From Candidatus Micrarchaeia archaeon (GTDB taxonomy: Archaea; Micrarchaeota; Micrarchaeia; Micrarchaeales; CABMGC01), in the NCBI GenBank assembly GCA_049976305.1, contig JBMFIM010000001.1:25712-89711 (forward strand): DNA of 64,000 bases, given 5' to 3'. Positions 37,451-48,197 of this stretch are shown piece after piece. The first letter of the stretch is position 1, and every line of letters begins with the position of its first letter. A program made the translations under genes and the position numbers. The notes below the pieces were generated by a model. It was not told where the DNA came from. It saw only the letters and a program-made list of their open reading frames with translations, and did no database searches.

Positions 37451-38311
37451 TCACCTATATTCCTCAAGAAGCTGCAGCACTTGCTCCTTCGTATGCTGAG
37501 GCTGCTTGGCAAGGCTGCCTTTCTTCAGAGTTATATCAAGCTCATTGTATGTTGGCCTCTCTACCTTATAGAACAGGCCAATTGGTATTTTGCTCCAGTT
37601 GCTTCTCTCAGCCTCTGTTGCAAGATTAAACGCTGAGGCCAAGTCAGAGGTGTTGTTTCCTTGGAGCTTGTATATGCGCTGCCTGAACCAGTCGTAGGTG
37701 TTTAGCGTGTTAAAGCTTACGCAAGGGCTGAACACATCGATCAAGGCAAAGCCTTTATGCACTATGCCTTCTTTTATCAATTCGCTAAGGTGCGCAGGGT
37801 CTCCAGAAAAACCTCTTGCAACAAAGGTTGCGCCAGATGCAAGCGCTAGCGCAAGCGGGTTGACAGGATCTTCGATGTCACCGAAAGGCGTAGACTTAGT
37901 TTTGGCGCCGACAAGGCTCGTGGGAGAAGCTTGGCCAGTGGTTAGGCCGTATATCTGGTTGTTCATTACTATGTAGGCAATGTCTATGTTCCTCCTTGCT
38001 GCATGGATAAGATGGGCTACACCTATGCCATAAGCGTCACCATCGCCTGCAGTGCCTATTACCTCTAGATCACTGTTTGCAAGCTTTACGCCTGTAGCAA
38101 CTGGCAATACTCTGCCGTGTATACTGTGTATGCCGTATGTGCTGAATACATGTGGCATTGCAGAGCTGCAGCCTATTCCAGATACCATAACCACTTTGCT
38201 CTTGTCTATTTGGAGCTCGTTCAAAGCCCTCAGAATGCCTGCCTGAACTCCATAATCGCCACATCCGGGGCACCATACCGGCTTTACGCCAGATGTATAG
38301 ATTTGTGCCAT
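37451..38311 (-). CDS. 2-oxoacid:ferredoxin oxidoreductase, beta (TPP-binding) subunit
   Basis: It carries WCPGCGDYG and GIGCSS...[15 protein letters not shown] + 4 nt precedes the ATG. Confidence 0.92.
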   Translation of the reverse strand: MAQIYTSGVKPVWCPGCGDYGVQAGILRALNELQIDKSKVVMVSGIGCSSAMPHVFSTYGIHSIHGRVLPVATGVKLANSDLEVIGTAGDGDAYGIGVAHLIHAARRNIDIAYIVMNNQIYGLTTGQASPTSLVGAKTKSTPFGDIEDPVNPLALALASGATFVARGFSGDPAHLSELIKEGIVHKGFALIDVFSPCVSFNTLNTYDWFRQRIYKLQGNNTSDLASAFNLATEAERSNWSKIPIGLFYKVERPTYNELDITLKKGSLAKQPQHTKEQVLQLLEEYR

Positions 38312-38320
38312 TATTCCACC

Positions 38321-40045
38321 TTAAGCGCCAACCAGGCTTTTAGCCTGCCTGTAAATCTCTTCAGCAGTGAATGGCTCGCCATTCCACTTCCTTATCTTCT
38401 TAGCTATTTCAACGCCTGTCTGAAGCCTGACCCACTGCGCAAGCTGTGCGTTGTAGTTTGCTTCCACATCTATCAAGTCTTTGCCTGCAAGCATTTCCCT
38501 GGTCTTCTCGGCATCTAGTGGAAGGAGATAGGAGAAGGAAATAAGGCCGAAGTCAAGGCCTTCTTTATTCAGCATTTCGACTGCCTCGCTTGCAGGGCCA
38601 TAGGTGGAGCCGTAGACTACAAGGAAGTGCTTAGCTGTGGGGTTGCTGAGCTCAGGAACAAATATAGGCTCATTTTTAAGTGCTGTGTCGAGCTTTTTCA
38701 TTCTCTTCTCATACATCTTGTCCCTTATTTCAACATATGGGTCTATGCCTGCAAACATGTCGCTCACCAAGTCTCCATACTCGTCATGCTCGTCGCTTGC
38801 AGCCACGAACTCCAAGCCAGGTGTGCCTGGAATAGACCTTGGAGATATGCCGTCTTCGGTAAGCGCATATCGCTTAAACCTGCCACTTGCTGTGCTAGCA
38901 TCTGCGATTTTTCCTCTGTCTATCTCAACGTTTACGTCAAAAGACTCAACGCCCTTGTAAGATTCCGAGAGGAATTGGTCTAGCAGGATTATTACCGGGC
39001 ATTGATACCTGTCTGCCAAGTTGAAAGCCTCAGCGCCTATTTTGAAGCACTCCTCCTGAGTTCTTGGCGCAACAACTATTCTAGGGAACTCGCCCTGAGA
39101 TGCGTGCATTACAAACAGCATGTCTGCTTGCGAATGTTTTGTAGGCAAGCCTGTGCTTGGTCCAGACCTTTGCGATTCAACTACCACAATGGGCACTTCA
39201 AGCATGCCTGCCATGCCTAGTCCTTCCACCATGAGCGAGAAGCCGCCGCCGCTTGTTCCACACATTGCGCGAATGCCGGCACTTGCTGCACCCACTGTCA
39301 TATTTATTGCTGCTATTTCGTCTTCTGTCTGCTTAAACAACACGCCCTTGTCTTCGTGAGCAGCAAACCAGTGGAGTATGCTGCTGGCGGGGGTCATTGG
39401 GTATGCAAAGTAAGCCCTGCAATCAGCAGCATAAGCGCCTATCGCTGTAGCCGTGTTGCCATCCAGCAGGTACCGCTGCTTGCCATCACTATGTAAAGAA
39501 TATACAGCGTCTATACCTTGGAAGTTGTAACCGGCACTTGCTGCCTTTAAGTTATTAGCGATTACCTCCTCTCCCTTCTTTCCAAAAGTTCTCCTAAGTA
39601 CGTCTTCTAGTTCACTTAGTGGAAGACCTAGCAGCTTTAGCACCGCACCCAACGCCACCGTATTTCTCATTACAGGATCTCCCGACTGGCTTACCGCTAT
39701 TTCGAGAAGAGGAATTGGTATTTTGCGGACTGATTGAAGAGAGTCTGCATTGGCCTTGCTAGGATCGAAGATTACTATGGCATTTGGCTTTATGTGCGTT
39801 TTCTGGTTCTCTATTGCGTCTTGATTCAATGCCACTAGTATGTCCGCAAGCTCTCCAAAGCTACCTATTTCAGAATCTGCAATCCTTACCTGGTACCATA
39901 CATGCCCGCCTCTAATTATTGACTGGTAGCCCCTATATGCAAAGACATGCATGCCATTTCTTGCCGCAACCTTTGCAAGAAGCGCACCTGCCGACTCTAT
40001 ACCGTCGCCGTTTGCGCCGGCTATTCTTACAGCTACACTTGTCAT
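38321..40045 (-). CDS. 2-oxoacid:ferredoxin oxidoreductase, alpha subunit (gamma-alpha fusion)
   Basis: The N-terminal gamma-like domain has RIAGANGDGIESAG..RGYQSIIRGGH. It is followed by the alpha domain (AYPMTPASSI...GGGFSLM). Confidence 0.9.
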   Translation of the reverse strand: MTSVAVRIAGANGDGIESAGALLAKVAARNGMHVFAYRGYQSIIRGGHVWYQVRIADSEIGSFGELADILVALNQDAIENQKTHIKPNAIVIFDPSKANADSLQSVRKIPIPLLEIAVSQSGDPVMRNTVALGAVLKLLGLPLSELEDVLRRTFGKKGEEVIANNLKAASAGYNFQGIDAVYSLHSDGKQRYLLDGNTATAIGAYAADCRAYFAYPMTPASSILHWFAAHEDKGVLFKQTEDEIAAINMTVGAASAGIRAMCGTSGGGFSLMVEGLGMAGMLEVPIVVVESQRSGPSTGLPTKHSQADMLFVMHASQGEFPRIVVAPRTQEECFKIGAEAFNLADRYQCPVIILLDQFLSESYKGVESFDVNVEIDRGKIADASTASGRFKRYALTEDGISPRSIPGTPGLEFVAASDEHDEYGDLVSDMFAGIDPYVEIRDKMYEKRMKKLDTALKNEPIFVPELSNPTAKHFLVVYGSTYGPASEAVEMLNKEGLDFGLISFSYLLPLDAEKTREMLAGKDLIDVEANYNAQLAQWVRLQTGVEIAKKIRKWNGEPFTAEEIYRQAKSLVGA

Positions 40046-40208
40046 GCAAACACTTTGAGAGGTATTTAACCTGCAAAAGCTTATAAAAGAGGGCTTGGTA
40101 TTGAGTAATTGCCGAATTCGCTTCTAGCCGATACCTGCTTAGACGCCTTGCTAATAAATGAAAGCGAATGCTTAAAAATAGCAAAAAACAACTAAAAATG
40201 GGGGGAGT

Positions 40209-40700
40209 ATGCCAAAAGAGGTCGTATCTGACCAGCTAACGCAATTGATAGAGCTTGAAAAAGAAGTAATAAAGGAAATTAAGGCTCAAGAGCCTAAAGG
40301 CGGCGTTGAAAAGATGCTTGATGCTGCTGCTAGAGCATTTAAACGCCTTCTTAGGAAGCCTGAAAACACAAGCAACGAGGATTTAGAAGCAAAGAAAAAG
40401 CAGCTTGTAGAAAAATTCAAGGAAGTCTATAAGAGCGGAACTGACGAAGAGAAGTTTAGTTATTTAAAGTGGCACATAGAAAACGAGGGTGCGCTGGGTG
40501 CTGCAGAGAATATACGTAAAATGTACGGAGTTGATGTAGAAGAAGAGTGTTTGTCTCTCTTTCCAGAGCTCAGAGGCATTCCTCTCTACAGTAATGAAAG
40601 TCCTGTACCAAATGCCTTGATTATTTCCCTACTCGAGAAAAATGAAAAGACTTTAGCAACCGCTAAAAGAATTGTAAACAAGATAGCAGAATCCTTATAG
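40209..40700 (+). CDS. Hypothetical protein (helical, K/E-rich)
   Basis: This 163-aa ORF has GGGGGA + 2 nt before its ATG. I recognise no motif. Confidence 0.4.
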   Translation: MPKEVVSDQLTQLIELEKEVIKEIKAQEPKGGVEKMLDAAARAFKRLLRKPENTSNEDLEAKKKQLVEKFKEVYKSGTDEEKFSYLKWHIENEGALGAAENIRKMYGVDVEEECLSLFPELRGIPLYSNESPVPNALIISLLEKNEKTLATAKRIVNKIAESL

Positions 40701-40711
40701 CAGGTGAATGG

Positions 40712-40987
40712 GTGCCGGTTAGAAAGGCAGTCGATGACGGTCCCAAATTAAACGATTACCAAAAAGCTCTAATTAAAGACCCAGTCTGCATGAGCACCTT
40801 GCGCTTCATTCGTGACAACGAAAGTTATGGGGCTGCAATAAACGTTATGCCTTTGAAAATAAAAAATATCGAGCTAGATGAAGCAAAAATAAAGATAGAT
40901 GAAAGCTTGAAAGTGCTAGAATCTGCAGGTTTGTTGAAAGTAAAGAAGCTTGCCACAGGAATCGTTGACTACCTGCTGACGCCGTAG
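40712..40987 (+). CDS. Hypothetical small protein (possible winged helix)
   Basis: This 91-aa ORF has AGGTGA + 4 nt before its GTG start. ESLKVLESAGLLKVKK resembles a wHTH wing, but weakly. Confidence 0.35.
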   Translation: MPVRKAVDDGPKLNDYQKALIKDPVCMSTLRFIRDNESYGAAINVMPLKIKNIELDEAKIKIDESLKVLESAGLLKVKKLATGIVDYLLTP

Positions 40988-41227
40988 GGCAAACGCCTTG
41001 CCACACTTCTCGATGTCTTAAATACTTTGAAGGAATTGGCTGAATATCGTAACTAGCAAAAGCTACGCAAGGGGTTTGGAAAGAGATTGCAAGAAGCCAG
41101 CAACAAAAGACGAACCCCCTACTCTACATGAAAACAGGAAAAGATATAAAAACATTAAGGAAAAATATTATTATATACTCATTAATTTTGCAGCAATGCT
41201 TTGATGCTAATTTGAAAAGGTGAAAAC

Positions 41228-42877
41228 ATGGCAAGCGAAAACACACTTGGTCAGCAGTATTATATACTGCCTGAGGGGGCCACAAGGCTTATTGGAAGGG
41301 AGGCCCAAAGGACAAACATAGCAGTGGCATACGCGGTTGCAAGCATCATAAAGTCCACACTAGGACCTAAAGGAATGGACAAAATGCTGGTGAGCGAGCT
41401 TGGGGACATAGTAATAACAAACGACGGAGCAACAATACTTGAGGAGATGAACGTAGAGCACCCAGTAGCAAAGCTCATGGTTGAGATAGCAAAGACCCAG
41501 GACAAAGAAGTGGGCGATGGCACTACCAGCGTAGTAGTGCTTGCTGGCGAACTCTTGAAAAATGCCGGCGACCTGATAGAGAAGGGCATTAATCCCAACA
41601 CGATAATAAAAGGCTACGACATGGCGGCGAAGAAAGCTACTGACTTGCTTAACAAGTACTCGATACCTGTCACCTTGGACGATGACGACTTGCTCGAGAA
41701 GGTAGTGCTCGTGGCAGGAGGCTCTAAGAACATTGGCTCCGACTCTACAAGAAAGTATCTTGCCCAGCTTGTCATAAAGGCGGTCAAGCAGGTTGCTGAG
41801 AAGCAAGGCAACAAGATAGTGATTGATAAGGACTACATAAAGGTAGAGAAGAAAGAAGGAGGCAGCATAGAGGACACGCAGCTGATAAACGGTGTACTCA
41901 TTGACAAAGAAGTCGCACATCCTCAAATGCCAAAATCGATAACAAATGCAAAAATCGCCTTGCTTGATGTAGCACTTGAGATAGAGAAGACAGAAACAGA
42001 CGCCCGCATAGAAATAACATCTCCGGAGCAGATGGAGTCTTTCCTCAAGCAAGAGGAGAAGATGCTCAAGGAGATGGTTGACAAGATTGCACAGAGCGGC
42101 GCAAACGCAATATTCGTAGAAAAGGGCATTGATGACGTAGCGCAGCACTACCTGGCGAAGGCAGGCATATTGGCAGTAAGAAGGGTAAAGAAGAGCGACA
42201 TAGAGAAGCTGGCAAAAGCAACAGGTGCAAAGCTGGTAACAAGCCTTGACGACCTGTCACCAAGCGACATAGGCTTTGCAGGCCTAGTCGAGGAAAGGAA
42301 GATCGGTGGCGAGCAGATGGTGTTCGTAGAGAAGTGCAAGGATCCAAAGAGCGTGACCTTGTTTGTTAGAGGCGGCACACAGCAGGTAATTGACGAAGCT
42401 GAAAGAACCATAAACGATGAAATAGGCGCGCTCACCGCAGCACTAGAGCTTGGCTCTTGCGTATACGGTGGAGGAGCCGTAGAGGCAAGCTTGGCGAAGG
42501 AGCTGAGAGACTACGCAAACGAAGTAGGAGGCAGAGAGCAGCTTGCAATTCAGGCTTTCGCAGACGCGCTGGAGATTATTCCAAAGACTCTAGCTGACAG
42601 TGCAGGCATGGACCCGATAGACACCATTGTACAGCTAAGAAGCAAACAGAGAACAAAAGAAGGCATGGTATACGGCATAGACGTATACAAGGGTACCATA
42701 GGGGACATGAGCAAGCTTGGAGTAATTGAGCCTATGAAGATAAAGCAGCAGGCAATAGCAAGTGCTACAGAAGCAAGCGTGCAAATACTCCGCATAGACG
42801 ACATGATAAGCGCAAAGGCATCGCAGCCTAGCAGTGGGACAGGGCAAAACACACCTCCGGCAGGAGAAGAAGACTAA
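41228..42877 (+). CDS. ths: Thermosome subunit (group II chaperonin)
   Basis: It carries TLGPKGMDKML, ITNDGATIL, VGDGTTSVVVLAGELL and VYGGGAVE. GGTGA + 4 nt precedes the ATG. Confidence 0.97.
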   Translation: MASENTLGQQYYILPEGATRLIGREAQRTNIAVAYAVASIIKSTLGPKGMDKMLVSELGDIVITNDGATILEEMNVEHPVAKLMVEIAKTQDKEVGDGTTSVVVLAGELLKNAGDLIEKGINPNTIIKGYDMAAKKATDLLNKYSIPVTLDDDDLLEKVVLVAGGSKNIGSDSTRKYLAQLVIKAVKQVAEKQGNKIVIDKDYIKVEKKEGGSIEDTQLINGVLIDKEVAHPQMPKSITNAKIALLDVALEIEKTETDARIEITSPEQMESFLKQEEKMLKEMVDKIAQSGANAIFVEKGIDDVAQHYLAKAGILAVRRVKKSDIEKLAKATGAKLVTSLDDLSPSDIGFAGLVEERKIGGEQMVFVEKCKDPKSVTLFVRGGTQQVIDEAERTINDEIGALTAALELGSCVYGGGAVEASLAKELRDYANEVGGREQLAIQAFADALEIIPKTLADSAGMDPIDTIVQLRSKQRTKEGMVYGIDVYKGTIGDMSKLGVIEPMKIKQQAIASATEASVQILRIDDMISAKASQPSSGTGQNTPPAGEED

Positions 42878-43031
42878 TAATGTAGTTTGACTTTTCTTTT
42901 CCTTTTCTCTTCCATTTCCCTTTGTGTTTAAGTTTTATTTTACTACTTGTTTCTAATTTTTCTAATTATGGCTAGGAGTAGAAGCTGCGTTGAGGCAAAA
43001 CAGAATTAGAAGTGGATTAAAAAGTAAAACT

Positions 43032-43403
43032 TTACTTGTAGATTGACTTGTAGACGTTGCCACTGTCATCAGTGATTACTATGCATTCCCCTTCGCACTC
43101 CACCAGGCACGCTTGGCAAAGAATACATGCTTCGCCGTTCACTGCCACAGAGATACCGCCGCTCGTACCGTCGTTGTCGTTGGCAAAGTGCCTGTGGCCA
43201 TCTTGCACGTTTGCCCACTTGTCATAAGTGGCCTTGTCCACTTTTCCAGTCCACTGGTGCTCTGGCGGTGCCTTGTCTGTGTTAACTTCAGGGTTGGGCT
43301 TATCGCCGACCATCCTGCTTTTCATTTCGAATACAGCTACCGGGCAAACGTCCTTGCAGTGCTGGCAGCCAGTGCAATATTCCTTCTCTACATAAACCTG
43401 CAT
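43032..43403 (-). CDS. 4Fe-4S dicluster ferredoxin-like protein with ~60-aa insert
   Basis: The two cluster motifs CTGCQHCKDVCP and CILCQACLVEC are separated by a charged insert. Confidence 0.7.
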   Translation of the reverse strand: MQVYVEKEYCTGCQHCKDVCPVAVFEMKSRMVGDKPNPEVNTDKAPPEHQWTGKVDKATYDKWANVQDGHRHFANDNDGTSGGISVAVNGEACILCQACLVECEGECIVITDDSGNVYKSIYK

Positions 43404-43467
43404 AAAATCACTATAACTGAGTTATTAAACTTTTTATTACTTTTGCAGGCTTCGCCAATCGGCTATG

Positions 43468-43770
43468 TTAGCCGAACAGGCTTGCAAGACCGCCGGCAGC
43501 CTCTTCCTCGCTCTTCTTTTCCTCCGCCTTCTCCTCCTTCTTTTCCTGAGCTTGGGCCTGCTGAGGCGCTGCCGCCTGCTGTGCTACCTGCTGTGCTTGG
43601 GCGTTCTTTATTACCTCTTTTATGTTTACCCCTTTCAAGGAGTTTACAACTGCTTTTATCATTGCTTCGTCAGGCTCCTTGCCGGCTGCCTTGACTACGT
43701 TCTTCATGTTTTCCTCGTTTATCTCCTTTCCTAGAGAATCGAGCAATAGCGCTGCGTATATGTACTCCAT
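43468..43770 (-). CDS. rpl12: Ribosomal stalk protein P1 (aL12)
   Basis: It begins [10 protein letters not shown], has an acidic/Ala-rich hinge and ends GLASLFG. GGTGA + 5 nt precedes the ATG at 43770. Confidence 0.92.
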   Translation of the reverse strand: MEYIYAALLLDSLGKEINEENMKNVVKAAGKEPDEAMIKAVVNSLKGVNIKEVIKNAQAQQVAQQAAAPQQAQAQEKKEEKAEEKKSEEEAAGGLASLFG

Positions 43771-43781
43771 GTTTTTCACCT

Positions 43782-44618
43782 TCAAGCATTCGTATTATTT
43801 ATACCCGCTACCTTATTAATATTATTTGCCTCTTGGGCTGCCTTTTCGACCAGCTTCTCCATAATCTCCGGCTCCGGTATGTTTGCCGAAATGCCTAAGG
43901 CCATGGCTTCATTATATGCCTTGCTTACAAAATATGCTGCATTGTAAGGAGTTACGTAGCCTATTCCTGTGCTCAAAGCGTTTGCCTCTACAAAAGACTT
44001 CGCAACCTCAGAAGCCACATAGGCAGGCGTTATGCTCAATGCCTCTTTGCCGAACAGCAGCCCTTCGAAGTAAGCGGCAGAGATTGTGGTAGATACTGTG
44101 AAAGGCTTTATATCGAGAAGCTTTAAGGCATTTGCTACCTGTGCGGTTATTTTCTTGCCAGCTTCTATGATCTTTTTATCCTTTGCAATTACGACTTTAT
44201 TCTTCTGTATCTGAACATCAAGCCCAGCAGCCTTAAGCTCTGTAACTGCTTGGCCTGGTTGAATATTTGTCTCGCCAGCTTTCACTTCTATATCCATAGG
44301 GGCTATCTGGCCAGGCTTAGCAAGTAGTTGCAGAGAGTTTGAACCTATCTTAGAGTAGAGCGTAAATGGATCAAGATCTGAAAGAACAAGCGCAACATCG
44401 CCCTCTATCTTGCCGGCCAGGCCTGCCTTATCGCCAAGTGCGCGCTTGATAAGCGTGTTTCTACCTACAATTATCTCAGCCTCTCCTCTGAGCGAATTTC
44501 TTGCTTTTTGAAGAAGCCTGTCTGGTATGCCTGCAAGAGGCAAAACTGCAACTGTTTTGTGCTTGCTTATCTTTTCTGCAAGCTTTTTCACGAAAGCCTC
44601 TTTTTCTTTTCTCAACAT
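43782..44618 (-). CDS. rpl10: Ribosomal protein uL10 (P0)
   Basis: Its position between L1 and P1 and an N-terminus typical of archaeal P0 ([27 protein letters not shown]) support the call. Confidence 0.88.
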   Translation of the reverse strand: MLRKEKEAFVKKLAEKISKHKTVAVLPLAGIPDRLLQKARNSLRGEAEIIVGRNTLIKRALGDKAGLAGKIEGDVALVLSDLDPFTLYSKIGSNSLQLLAKPGQIAPMDIEVKAGETNIQPGQAVTELKAAGLDVQIQKNKVVIAKDKKIIEAGKKITAQVANALKLLDIKPFTVSTTISAAYFEGLLFGKEALSITPAYVASEVAKSFVEANALSTGIGYVTPYNAAYFVSKAYNEAMALGISANIPEPEIMEKLVEKAAQEANNINKVAGINNTNA

Positions 44619-44626
44619 TCTAGCAC

Positions 44627-45262
44627 CTACATAAGCCTCAATGGCTTGCTCATAGTGAGCTTCACGAAGACAGACTTTAGGCTGTTTTTGCCTGTCTTTG
44701 CCACTATGTTGTTAAGCACCTCTTGCATGTTCTCAAAAAGCTTCTTTGGCTCCATGTCCTCTGTACCTATTGGGCAGTGCACCGTTGGCAAAAGCTTGCC
44801 GCTTGTTTTGACAACAACCTGTCTGCTAAGCTCATCAACGGCCTTTGCCAACGAAGTACCTGGGAGCAGGGGTCTTGGCATCTTGCCCCTGGGCCCAAGA
44901 TATTGGCCAAGATATTTAGCTATTGTTGGCATTAAGTTCGGTTGAGCAAGAAGCGCGTATTTTGCCAAACTTGCTAGCTTCTGCTTATCAGTGGCTATTG
45001 CAGGTATATCCTCTGCTTTTATTACTTCTATTCCTGCCTTTTGTGCTTCTTCCATTACAGATCTATCAGAGGCAAACACTGCTATTTTGCTAGCCTTTCC
45101 TCTTCCATGCGGCAAAAGAATTGAAAGATTGAGCCTGTTGTTTTGGTTTGTAAAATCAACTCCTTTGAAATTCACTGCTAGCTCGACTGTTTGCTTAAAC
45201 TTCCTTTTGCCTTTGTTCTCTGCAAGGAACTTTTCAAAATCAGCGTACTTGTCTTCTAGCAT
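44627..45262 (-). CDS. rpl1: Ribosomal protein uL1
   Basis: It carries KRKFKQTVELAVNFKGVD...LPHGRGK...LGPRGKMP. AGGAGGG lies upstream. Confidence 0.92.
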   Translation of the reverse strand: MLEDKYADFEKFLAENKGKRKFKQTVELAVNFKGVDFTNQNNRLNLSILLPHGRGKASKIAVFASDRSVMEEAQKAGIEVIKAEDIPAIATDKQKLASLAKYALLAQPNLMPTIAKYLGQYLGPRGKMPRPLLPGTSLAKAVDELSRQVVVKTSGKLLPTVHCPIGTEDMEPKKLFENMQEVLNNIVAKTGKNSLKSVFVKLTMSKPLRLM

Positions 45263-45374
45263 TCAATCCCTCCTGCAAAATGCAGTACTTGCGGGTTGTT
45301 TATATTAAGCTGAAAAGATATTTAAGGCTAATGGAGAAACTGCTTGCCTAACCAGTAGCATGACAAAGGCCATT

Positions 45375-46292
45375 TCATCGTTCCAAATTTTTAAATCCTG
45401 TTTTGTAGTAGGCAATTAAAGCGTAGAAAGTAAAACGGCTATGCACGAACTTAAATTCTTCTACCATTATATCCTGCTTTCCTAGCAACACCCCTGCTGC
45501 GTTAACGAACCCTTTGGCGTTTAGTTCTGCCAGTAGAGGGGTATAATCATATCCTTGGTTCATTTTGAAGATTGGCACATACACTATCAAACGACCGCCT
45601 GGCTTTATCATATCTGCTACCCCGCTTACTAATTCGTGCAACTCTGGTCTAGGTAGATAGTCTACCACTCCTCCTGCGATGACGTTATCAAACTTGGGAA
45701 CGAATTTTGCTATCTCTCTTTTTGCCTCTAATTGGGGAAATTCGCCCTTCACAAAGTGTGCATTGTTTGAGCTTTGCAAAAGGGGAGCAAGGGTTTCAAA
45801 TACGGCAAAAGAGGAGTCTACACCCACATAGGTAAATTCTAATCGGCGAGCCCTAGAATCAATAAAAGCCTGCATGTTTTGCAACGCAGCCAATACTGGC
45901 GCGCCTGGACCACAGCCTATGTCGAGTATGGAAGATTTGTGCAGCTTCCTTTTGAAAGTTTTTGTAAATGCAGTAAAGAAGGCTTGCGATACTGGAGCAA
46001 TGTGTTCTGCATAATACCTAACGAAAAGAAGATCCATGAACGCGACAGAATTGATTAAATGAGCTATGCGGTTATATTCCTCATTCAAATTTTTAGAAGG
46101 CACTATCCTTTCCTGTTTCCTTACCAATGAGTATTGGGACGGGTTAAGCGCATCTTCTGGCCTTATTTCTGACGTTTTCCTAACTGCACTCAAAAGGTCT
46201 CCTAGTGCCAACTCTTCGTAAATTGGAAGACCTGAAAGATCGACTTTTCCCCGAGGCAGCTGGGATATCTTCCTGTAAGCTACTTCACTCAT
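45375..46292 (-). CDS. Class I SAM-dependent methyltransferase
   Basis: Motif I is ILDIGCGPGAPV. A later block reads GVVDYLP...IKPGGRLIVYV. Confidence 0.7.
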   Translation of the reverse strand: MSEVAYRKISQLPRGKVDLSGLPIYEELALGDLLSAVRKTSEIRPEDALNPSQYSLVRKQERIVPSKNLNEEYNRIAHLINSVAFMDLLFVRYYAEHIAPVSQAFFTAFTKTFKRKLHKSSILDIGCGPGAPVLAALQNMQAFIDSRARRLEFTYVGVDSSFAVFETLAPLLQSSNNAHFVKGEFPQLEAKREIAKFVPKFDNVIAGGVVDYLPRPELHELVSGVADMIKPGGRLIVYVPIFKMNQGYDYTPLLAELNAKGFVNAAGVLLGKQDIMVEEFKFVHSRFTFYALIAYYKTGFKNLER

Positions 46293-46384
46293 GCTGCCTT
46301 TTGTAATTCTTTCAGTATTTATAGTTTGCCTTTTAGCTTTTAGGAGATCAAAAACATAATAAAGGTTATTTTGTTTACCATATT

Positions 46385-47664
46385 GTGCGGGGCTACTACG
46401 AAACAGAGCACATAACTAAATTCGTCTGGCTTGTCACCTTATTCTCCTCCATGGGCATGTTCATGGATGGCTACGTGCTTACTATATTCTCCGCTGCCAC
46501 TGCTTTGCCTACTGGTCTGAAATATGTTTTCAAGCCGACAAGTTTGGAATGGGGACTCATGGGTGCGGCTCCACTCATCGGCATGCTGCTTGGGGCTGCT
46601 ACTTTTGGCAACATCGCTGACAGGATAGGCAGAAGAAAAATGTACATTTATGACCTTAGTGCAACTGCGTTGTTCTTGCTTCTCACTGCATTTTCGACCA
46701 ACTGGCTTGAGTTTTTCCTGCTGCAGCTTGGCGCTGGCGTAGGCATTGGCGCAGATTATCCGATAAGCTCCTCTATCCAGGCAGAGTTTTCACCTACGAA
46801 AAGGCGCGGCATGCTGCTTGTCCTCAACATTTTCATGTAGACTTATAGGCAGCATTGTTTTCCTGCTTGTCTCGATTCCCCTCTATTTTGTAGGCAATGT
46901 TGCATGGAAGCTAATGTATGGCACTGCTGCAATAATTCCCTTGATTGTTGTAGCTGCAAGGAACACAATTCCAGAATCGCCATGGTGGCTCAAGCTTAAA
47001 GAAAAGAAAAAGGAGTTTGAAAAATCAGTTTCGATAATTGCGGCCTCAGTCGGCGTGCTGCCGAGTAGGCTTGCGGAAAGCATAAAGCTGGAAAAGGGCA
47101 AAAGCAGCAGCATGGTTTGCTTATGATGTTGCTAGCTATGGCGTTTGGACCTTCACACCGTCTATTTTCATAAGCACAGGAAGCAGCTATGTTGGGTCGA
47201 TTATTGCTGACTTGCTCGAAGAAGTGCCTGTCTTTATAGGATTTGCTTTATGCGTAACTCTTGTTGATAGAGTAGGTAGGGAGCCGCTCGAAGAATATGG
47301 ATTCTTGCTGGCAGGCATATCCTTGCTAATCTTTGCAGCATATGCGCATTTTACAAAGGAAACGCCATTTGCTATTGCCTTCGTAGGCTTTGCGCTTATG
47401 CACGTATTCCACAACCTAGGGCCTACAAACCTCACATATACATATCCAGCAGAGGCGTATCCTACGAGGCTTAGGGCTACGGCACATGGCTTTGCTACCT
47501 CGTTTAGCAGAATCGGAGGCATTCTTGGCATAGTGGCTTTTCCAGTGCTTCTCAATTCCCTCAGCCTATCGGCGGCGCTAGTGATGTTTGCAGCCTTTGA
47601 ATTCCTGGGATTCACAGTTACTGTTTTGTGGGCGCCTGAAACGAAGAAAAAAGCCCTTTTTTAA
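46385..47664 (+). pseudogene. MFS transporter (sugar-porter-like) broken by two +1 frame shifts
   Basis: Three consecutive track ORFs (46385..46840, 46818..47126, 47212..47664) lie in frames 2, 0 and 1. Together they read as one ~425-aa MFS protein, with GNIADRIGRRKMY, EFSPTKRRGML, IPESPWWL and YPAEAYPTRLRATAHGF. The junctions fall near 46831-46840 and 47086-47105. Confidence 0.7.
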
Positions 47665-47688
47665 GCTTAGGCCAATAATATTGAGAAT

Positions 47689-48159
47689 ATGACTGAGAAA
47701 AACGAACTTGACCCCTTTTGCAACAAAGAGCAAATAATCAAGCAAGCATACTACGAAAGCAGGCATACGTACGTACTTTACAACCTCTATCCAGTAGTCA
47801 AAGGCCATTCGCTAATAGTGCCTAAAAGGCACGTTACTGATTTGATGCAGCTTACAGATAAAGAGGCTGAGGACCTGATAAAGACAATGAGGCATGTCAT
47901 ACCTGTATTATTGAAGGCATATAAGTGCGAAAGCTCGTACAACATTGTAGCACAAATTGGAGAGTACTCTGGTAGAAGCGTTGAACATCTTCACATACAC
48001 ATAATACCAAGAAACAAGTTCGATGTATATCAAGACTATAATGATAAGCTCTATGCCGACTTGAGAAAATACGAGCTTAGGCACCTTGCAATGCATGAAA
48101 TAGGGAATGAGGTGGCAAAGCTGAGGAAGCTATTCCACTACAAGCCTAAAAAGATTTAG
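47689..48159 (+). CDS. HIT-family nucleotide hydrolase/transferase
   Basis: The histidine triad HLHIHIIPR is present. Confidence 0.85.
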   Translation: MTEKNELDPFCNKEQIIKQAYYESRHTYVLYNLYPVVKGHSLIVPKRHVTDLMQLTDKEAEDLIKTMRHVIPVLLKAYKCESSYNIVAQIGEYSGRSVEHLHIHIIPRNKFDVYQDYNDKLYADLRKYELRHLAMHEIGNEVAKLRKLFHYKPKKI

Positions 48160-48197
48160 CTTTTATTTTTGCTCTGCGCTAAAATTTTTGTGGGTGT

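Noticed and set aside
35251-37636. Series of plus-strand ORFs (35251..35547, 35563..35868, 36256..36858, 37223..37636)
   Set aside because: All are antisense to the thiolase/HMG-CoA synthase genes, which carry textbook motifs.
40988-41227. Possible ncRNA or small ORF in the 240-nt gap upstream of the thermosome gene
   Set aside because: Only a weak long-range GGGGTT/AACCCC pairing and an 18-codon ORF are present, with no C/D-box or other recognisable RNA signature. It is most simply a promoter/leader region.
41360-42148. 262-aa minus-strand ORF (and several 60-110-aa ones) inside the thermosome gene
   Set aside because: It is antisense to a clear group II chaperonin, has a Y/C/L/H-rich composition, and has no SD or promoter.
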